DNA of 64,000 nucleotides. It comes from Rhynchopus sp. YZ270_cl-10 (taxonomy: Eukaryota). Position 1 is the first letter of the stretch; each line of letters opens with the position of its first letter. The notes under the pieces were generated by a model. That model was not told where the DNA came from and searched no databases. It worked only from the letters and a program-made list of their open reading frames with translations. Shown piece by piece: positions 58,007-64,000 of this stretch. The translations under genes and the position numbers were made by a program. The stretch is taken from positions 1,798,001 to 1,862,000 of the forward strand of contig OZ037838.1 of the NCBI GenBank assembly GCA_964035575.1. Reading direction: 5' to 3'.

Positions 58007-58984
58007 AAAAAAAAAAAAAAAAAAAAAAATGGTCGGGAACAGGGAAGTTCCTAAGTGGGACCGAGAACATGAAATTCTGGATTTTAGTTTTTTTTTCCTT
58101 TTTTTTTTTCCTTTTTTCCTTAGGGAGCTTTGTTGTGGTTTCTGGTGGGTTTCACTGTAGGTGACACACCACCAGTGTGGTGAAATGGTCGAAACTCTCA
58201 AAAGCAAGAGTTTTCAGGGGGCAAGAAAAAAAAATTGACAACAAAATCCTGCACCGTCCAGGGCTGTACCCCCAATTTATTTTTGCCTGCGGCGCCATTT
58301 TTCATTTTTTGCTCTTCAAAAAAGTGTTCGTCGAAGGCTAGATTTTTACGCCGTACTCAAATTTTTTTGCCTGCGGCGCCATTTATATTATTTTCTGCTC
58401 CGCAAAAAGAGAAGTGTAAACGCCTCACCGTTCATCGGCGGAAGCACTGGTTCCACGGGTTATCGAACCCCAGAGAGCACTTCATTGGCATGCACACGGT
58501 TACCACTAGGGAGCGTGTATGCAGGTACAAAATCACTGCCCCATCCAAATAATATTCCCAACGTCTTTGGGGATCCCCTTGCATTTTGCAGCCAAAAATG
58601 CAACTAGGCCAAAGCTGCAAAAAGTTCCGCGCCCGGGTTTGGGACCCCTTTTTGAATTTCGAGGGGCGGTTAAAGTGGGCCCAGAATCACAGTTCTGACA
58701 CTCATTTAGCATTGTGAGCAACTCACTAGTGGTCGTAACCAAAATTTGTATCAATCAAGAACTTGTCCATTTTTTCGAAATGACCCCACTACAGTGAGGG
58801 TAGAGCTCAGAAAGCCTGAAAAAGGGCAAAAAACCCCCACCCAAAAAAAGGAAAAAAACGGGAACATAAATCCAGAATTTTGCTGTTTTTTCCGAGAACA
58901 AGGAACAACCCTGGTCGGGAATGTTCTGCCGGGATTTTTGGACGATTCGTTTTTCCCGGACAAAAAACCCACACAAATTATAAA

Positions 58985-59899
58985 GTGACACCCCCTTGTG
59001 GGAAGCGCATCGCCAACGACATGCAAGGGAACTGCATGTACGTCTCCCTCATGGGCAAGATGGGCAGTTACCTGGACGTAGCCAACGAACGCAAAGAGCT
59101 GGCCAGGAGTGCGTTGACGACCGAGAAGAAGCGCGGCCTCAGAAGACACTTCGACACGGAGGCTGAATTCTCCACGTGGGTGGCAGGGGTGGAAGGAGAC
59201 GCTTGGGGTGACCTGCTGACGCTACACCACATAGCCATGACATGGTCGTTGACGATCCTGGTTGTGCAGCCGGGGGCGTGCCCCATGGTGGTGGTGAACA
59301 GGGAACGCCAGTCGAAGAAGAAGACACAAAAGAAGAAGCCACGGGAGGTGAGGGTGATATCGCTGATTGGGGAACACTACGAGCAGGTGCAGATGGACCC
59401 GGCACAGGCTTCCGCACTAGCCAATGCCGCCCCCATTGCAGAGCTCATCCCATCCCGGCTGGCGGTGTCTCCGATTCCCGGCATGACGAAGGACGCGACT
59501 TCTCCACTGGAAGGGGACTCCCCCCTCCTCTACTGCCCAGTACCGTGTTGCCAGGGAAGCCGGTTCCACCGGGACATCCCCTTATCCGGTCCAGGGCTAC
59601 GCGCACATATCGCTGGCCACCTAGCAGAGGGAGACCACATTCCGCACGACACTCTGCGGAAGTTCGGCCTGGGTCAATGTGGTGTGTGTGACGGCATCCG
59701 AGCAGCGAAGAACGAGACGTGCCTGCAATGCTCGAGGCTGGTACAGGCGGTGCCACGCCCGTCACCCACCATCCGCACACCGGCGCAGGAAGTGGACGAC
59801 CGCGACATGCCGGACTGGTATGAGATCGCGGCAGCACCCATCCCGACCCACGACACCGTGCCCAAAGCGATTGACCGGGCGGCGGCGGTGGAGTTCGCG
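58985..59899 (+). CDS. N-terminal part of the retroposon polyprotein: OTU-like cysteine protease plus zinc fingers
   Basis: QGNCMYVSL (Cys 59033), DAWGDLLTL, GEHYEQV (His 59375); YCPVPCC...HIAGH (from 59531); CGVC...CLQC (from 59678). The true start is not visible; homologous sequence continues in another frame after 59900. Confidence 0.75.
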
Positions 59900-59903
59900 A
59901 AAG

Positions 59904-62900
59904 GTGTTGGAAGACGTAGCTGGCTGCAACGACGAGAACAGCTGGAAGAGGCTTTGCATGTTCGCAAAACTCGTGTTGTCCAGAAAACGGGGAGGTGCGA
60001 ACATCAACAAGAAGGTGGTGGCACAGCGGGAGGCGGAGGTGACAGAGTGGTCGCAGGGGGAAATTGCGGCGATGTGGTCTGCAGCGACTCGATCTCTTCC
60101 TGGGCGTGGGCCGGGCAAGGAGCGGAAGGAGCCGACGAAGGAGGAGAGGGAGAAAGCGTGTGTCACTGAAGTCCGGAACGGTAGGCTCGCAGCAGGGATG
60201 AGTCGTCTCCACAAAGGCGGTACTGCGCCCGTTACGACAGAGACGACAGCGAAGCTGAGGGCGAAGCACCCGGAGGAGGCCCCACAGGTGGCAAACACCA
60301 CTGCGCACGTTGCCCTCGAACCCCTGAAGCCCATCGACGCCCTGAAGGCCATCAAGAGCATGTCGAAGGGATCATCACCAGGCCCATTCGGTCTCAGGGG
60401 CGACCATTTGAAGGAATGGATGGTCAAACACCCTGACCTCAACCTCCTCCCCCTCATGACGCTAGTCCTGGACCTATTGCGAAGAGGCCAGGCCCCACCT
60501 GAGGCAGCAGAATTTCTTGCCGGAGCCACGCTCGTCGCCCTGAAGAAAGGTGAAACGGATGTCCGCCCCATATCTGCAGGCAACACACTTCGTCGGGTGG
60601 TGAGCAAGATTGAAGTGGGATCAGTCCGGACGCAGGCGCGGGACAAGCTTCTCCCTGGTCGCCAAGTAGGGGTGGCGGTGGATGGTGGACTGGAGGCTGC
60701 TACAATGGTGGTGGCGGATTACGTGAAACGCAACCTAGGGAAGAACAAGGTGATAGTCCTCGTGGACTATGAAAACGCTTTCAACAGCATCCACCGGTCC
60801 ACCTTCCTCGCGGCTACTCGAAAGTACCTCCCCACCATCTCCCCATGGATCGAGTGGTGTTACGGCAGGCCGACTTCCCTCCTGCACGGCGACGACCTCA
60901 TCCAGTCGCAACGAGGGGCACAGCAGGGTGACCCGGCAGGACCGCTTCTTTTCTCCCTAGGGATCAAGGAACTGACGGAGGAGGTGAAGGCGATGCCGGG
61001 GATTGATGCCAGCTTGTGGTACCTGGACGACGGGACCATCATGGGCCCACCCGAAGCAGTGGGACGGGCGTTGAAGCTGGTGCAGGAGCGGAGCCTGGAG
61101 ATGGGTCTGCGGGTGAAGCTGGCGAAATGCGAGGTGATTGCGCTAGGACAGCAGACGCCACGTGACCTAGCACAGGCGGGCTTGCCAGTGTGTGCCCATG
61201 GATACCCGGACGACGGTGCGTGCGCAGCATGTGAGGGCAAGGCCATGAAGGTGCAGTACGGTGGGTTCGCGTTCTTGGGGGCGCCTATCGGTGACGACGA
61301 GTTTTGCGAGTCCTACATGGACAAGCAGGTGAAGGAGTTCGCTGAGCAGCTCCGCCTCCTCAAGGACCTCAAGGACGTACAGGTCGGGTTGACGCTTCTT
61401 CGCCAGTGTGAAGGCTTCGCGAGGATGGTGTTTTACATGCGTGCTATCGGACATGCGTGTACTCATCAGTACCTCAAGGAGTACGACAAGGAGGTCGACG
61501 CTGCGCTCGCCTCGTTGATGGGTGACACGGAAGGGCTTCTCCCAGAGATGGCACGTCGTCAGGCAGCACTTCCCTGCAGAGCTGGAGGCATGGGAGTCCG
61601 TCGCATCCGTGACCACTGGACGGCCGCGGCGATGGGGTCGCGGAGCGGGCTACATGAGTTGTGTAAGGTGCTAGACCCGGAGTTCCAATGGGATGCGGAA
61701 GGGTGGAAAGAGACTGCGACGGAGCACAACCGACATGTAGCAGAAGCAGACAAAGTAGACCCTCTGGTGAGACCAGCCACCCCTGTGCGACAAAGGGAGC
61801 TATCGGCAGGAATCCTCGAAGAACAGCTGCGGCGACTGTACCTGGAGGGTGATGCGGCTGATCGGGCACGGATGAACTCCCTCTCCCTTCCGCATGCAGG
61901 CGCGTGGCTCATGGCGCCCCCAACGTGGGAACACCACATCCCCCCGGAGCAGTTCCAGGCGGTCTGCAGGATCCGCATGCACCTACCTCTCTTCGCAGAC
62001 GGGGTCCAGTGCAGGCAGTGTGGGCAGGCCATGGACGCGAGAGGCGACCACATTTTCGCCTGCAAGATGGGAGGACACCGCATTCTGAGGCACAACGCAG
62101 TACGCGACTTCGTCTACTCCGTTGCGAACGAAGCAGGTCTAGGCCCCACTCTCGAACCCCAACACCTGGTACTGGGGAACAAGAAGCCAGCAGACCTCTT
62201 CCTGTCCACGGGGGTGGGCGAGTCGCGGGGGCGGGCCATTGACGTGACAGTGTGGACCCCGACGTGCAAGTCGATGGTGCAGGGTGCTGCGGTGGCCAAG
62301 GGGTACACGGCAACGAAGGCGGAGGCGGCGAAGAGGGGGAAGCACCAGGCCGCCTGCATTGCTGCACGGATCACCTTCACTCCATTCGCATTGGAGACGA
62401 CGGGAGGGTTCGGGCCTGCGGCATCCACAATCTGGACGCAAATGCTACGCTTCGCAGCCGACAGGAAGCTGGGCAGCAAGCAGGAGATGTCGCGTCGTTG
62501 GGCGTGGGGGATGGGCACTACGCTGCAGCGGATGATTGGCAAGTCAGCGATGGACAGAGGGTGTCTGCGCGGGGACACAGCAGGCGCGCTCAGGGAGAGG
62601 ATAGAGGTGGACGTCGCGCCGTTGCCAGGTGAGGACGAACACTTCCGACTTCCTCCCGACCACCTGCCTCCCATAGATAATGCACCAGACGACGGTCTAT
62701 TCGATATCGACGTGTCCGCACTGAACCCCGAAGAGCCTGCGGAGCACCCTGACCCTCCACCTTGCCCTAACCCGGCGGATGGGAGCGCAACTCGACCACA
62801 GACGTTCCACGAAGAACGTTGGAACACCCTCGGGATGACAGTCCCAACGGTAACAGTGCCGTTCACTGTCGGGGACTGCGCCTTTGATGCAGTCAGGTGG

Positions 62901-64000
62901 CTGCTACGGGAGTGGAGGGACATCTCCTCTGGGGACCTGCGGAAGCTTGCAGTGACGAGGGTCAAGCAGGACAGGGACCTGGCGAACTCGGCGGAACCGA
63001 CTTTCGGGTCGTGGGTGCGCTGGATGAGCGTGGAGGGGAGTCCGGACACTCGTTCGTGGGCGGACGTGACGGCGTTGGCTGGTCTCTCCCGTGCATTACA
63101 GATAGTTGTGGCGGTGGTGCGGGCGGACAGCAAGACGACATTCCTGAGACCGGCGGCAGCCCCACGAGGTGCGATAGCCCTGCTACACGAAGGACCGGTG
63201 GGCGCCGGGCACTACTCCCCTCTAGTGGTAGGTGCAGTGGCGATGGAGATGATGATGAAGATGGAGCCACAAATCCCCCCTGTGGAGATGCAGTGCATGA
63301 ACACCGGAACGCTGTCGTACATGGGTGACAGGCAGGATAGAGACGGAGAGATGGTGACGTGTGAGGGCTGCGCTGCGGTATTCGAGGACAGCATTGCACA
63401 TTGGTTCTGTTCGGCGTGCCCACTCAAGTGGTGTACTAATGAGGCCTGCGCAGGGGAGGGCGCTAAATGTGCAGCACGCAGGCGCAGAGCCACCACCACT
63501 CCTTCAACATCGACCACCAGCCAGGGAGGTAGCTTTTACAACAACAGCAACCCAGCACCCCCACTGGCCGAGGTAGAGATTAAGGAAGAGGAGTTGGATG
63601 AGGCCTTCGAGTCCAGCCGCATGGAGATGGAAAGGCGCAGCAACAGCAACAGCAACAGCAACAACAACAACAACAGCAACAACAACAACGACACCAACAA
63701 CGACACCAACACTGACAACAACGACGACGACGTTGCCGACACCAACCACGACACTAACATGACCGAGAACGCCGCACCGACAATGACCGCAATGAGGACC
63801 AGCTTTCAACAACAAAAGCCATCAGCTATCCTGTGCGAATTAAAGGAGGGGTCGGCCAAAAAAGGTGCATGGAAGGAAGCATCCGCCAGGAAGAGGAGGG
63901 AACAGGCGGAGCAGCGCGTCGCCGAAAAACGCGCAGAGAAGGCTGCGGCCAAAAGGCGAGCACCCACCGCCCACCCAGCAGGATCTGACGCCCCTGTGGA
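59904..64000 (+). CDS. Main retroposon ORF (at least 1365 codons, no stop in window): RT, CCHC knuckle, RLE, second OTU-like domain, ZZ-like zinc finger, poly-Asn tract, basic tail
   Basis: Manual translation: LRAKHP, SSPGPFGLR, LVALKKGETDVRPISAGNTLRR, QVGV, VDYENAFNSIHR, GAQQGDPAGPLLF, WYLDD (YLDD 61020-61031), FLGAPIG, LPCRAGGMG, CRQC...DHIFAC...RHNAVRD (62010-62110), KPAD...IDVTV, FTPFALETTG; then GDCAFDAV (62871) to GHYSPL (63207); then CEGC...WFCSAC...C...C (63360-63449). Confidence 0.9.
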   Translation, partial: MLEDVAGCNDENSWKRLCMFAKLVLSRKRGGANINKKVVAQREAEVTEWSQGEIAAMWSAATRSLPGRGPGKERKEPTKEEREKACVTEVRNGRLAAGMSRLHKGGTAPVTTETTAKLRAKHPEEAPQVANTTAHVALEPLKPIDALKAIKSMSKGSSPGPFGLRGDHLKEWMVKHPDLNLLPLMTLVLDLLRRGQAPPEAAEFLAGATLVALKKGETDVRPISAGNTLRRVVSKIEVGSVRTQARDKLLPGRQVGVAVDGGLEAATMVVADYVKRNLGKNKVIVLVDYENAFNSIHRSTFLAATRKYLPTISPWIEWCYGRPTSLLHGDDLIQSQRGAQQGDPAGPLLFSLGIKELTEEVKAMPGIDASLWYLDDGTIMGPPEAVGRALKLVQERSLEMGLRVKLAKCEVIALGQQTPRDLAQAGLPVCAHGYPDDGACAACEGKAMKVQYGGFAFLGAPIGDDEFCESYMDKQVKEFAEQLRLLKDLKDVQVGLTLLRQCEGFARMVFYMRAIGHACTHQYLKEYDKEVDAALASLMGDTEGLLPEMARRQAALPCRAGGMGVRRIRDHWTAAAMGSRSGLHELCKVLDPEFQWDAEGWKETATEHNRHVAEADKVDPLVRPATPVRQRELSAGILEEQLRRLYLEGDAADRARMNSLSLPHAGAWLMAPPTWEHHIPPEQFQAVCRIRMHLPLFADGVQCRQCGQAMDARGDHIFACKMGGHRILRHNAVRDFVYSVANEAGLGPTLEPQHLVLGNKKPADLFLSTGVGESRGRAIDVTVWTPTCKSMVQGAAVAKGYTATKAEAAKRGKHQAACIAARITFTPFALETTGGFGPAASTIWTQMLRFAADRKLGSKQEMSRRWAWGMGTTLQRMIGKSAMDRGCLRGDTAGALRERIEVDVAPLPGEDEHFRLPPDHLPPIDNAPDDGLFDIDVSALNPEEPAEHPDPPPCPNPADGSATRPQTFHEERWNTLGMTVPTVTVPFTVGDCAFDAVRWLLREWRDISSGDLRKLAVTRVKQDRDLANSAEPTFGSWVRWMSVEGSPDTRSWADVTALAGLSRALQIVVAVVRADSKTTFLRPAAAPRGAIALLHEGPVGAGHYSPLVVGAVAMEMMMKMEPQIPPVEMQCMNTGTLSYMGDRQDRDGEMVTCEGCAAVFEDSIAHWFCSACPLKWCTNEACAGEGAKCAARRRRATTTPSTSTTSQGGSFYNNSNPAPPLAEVEIKEEELDEAFESSRMEMERRSNSNSNSNNNNNSNNNNDTNNDTNTDNNDDDVADTNHDTNMTENAAPTMTAMRTSFQQQKPSAILCELKEGSAKKGAWKEASARKRREQAEQRVAEKRAEKAAAKRRAPTAHPAGSDAPV

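Larger units (their letters stand above)
58985..64000 (+). mobile_element. CRE/SLACS-clade non-LTR retrotransposon (RT plus restriction-like endonuclease); probably 5'-truncated or interrupted; runs off the window
   Basis: Abrupt shift to GC-rich coding sequence at ~58985; full RT and RLE motif series read manually (see CDS entries). Confidence 0.92.

Noticed and set aside
58880..60169. The 429-aa ORF as a stand-alone gene
   Set aside because: The first ~35 codons lie in AT-rich flank with a non-ATG start, and the last ~90 codons are out-of-frame read-through after the frameshift at ~59901.
1..64000. tRNA/rRNA genes or a DNA transposase ORF
   Set aside because: None recognisable by eye; tRNAscan/Infernal and tBLASTn would be needed to exclude them fully.

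Overview
Eukaryotic, repeat-rich window with intronless genes, all on the + strand. A euglenozoan (probably diplonemid-like) origin is inferred from the receptor cyclase family, the CRE/SLACS-type retroposon and the putative trans-splice acceptors. Contents: (1) the 3' end of one copy and a complete second copy (2558-12823, 3421 aa) of a giant, probably secreted multidomain protein with a His-Me-finger-like nuclease motif, a long beta-rich stalk, a hydrophobic helical segment, HYR-like repeats, a Cys-rich module and three fibrinogen-C-like repeats, in a ~12-kb tandem duplication. (2) Four paralogous ~810-aa two-TM receptors with a HAMP-like linker and a degenerate class III nucleotide cyclase domain; they show a hypervariable extracellular patch and mosaicism. 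(3) About 35 kb of spacer packed with nested non-autonomous TIR elements (9-, 8-, 6- and 2-bp TSDs), long palindromes and microsatellites. (4) From ~58985 to the window end, a CRE-clade non-LTR retrotransposon missed by the ORF track. Its polyprotein has one frameshift, an OTU-like protease at each end of the RT-RLE core, and a ZZ-like zinc finger. Domain calls are by eye from motifs; no searches were run.
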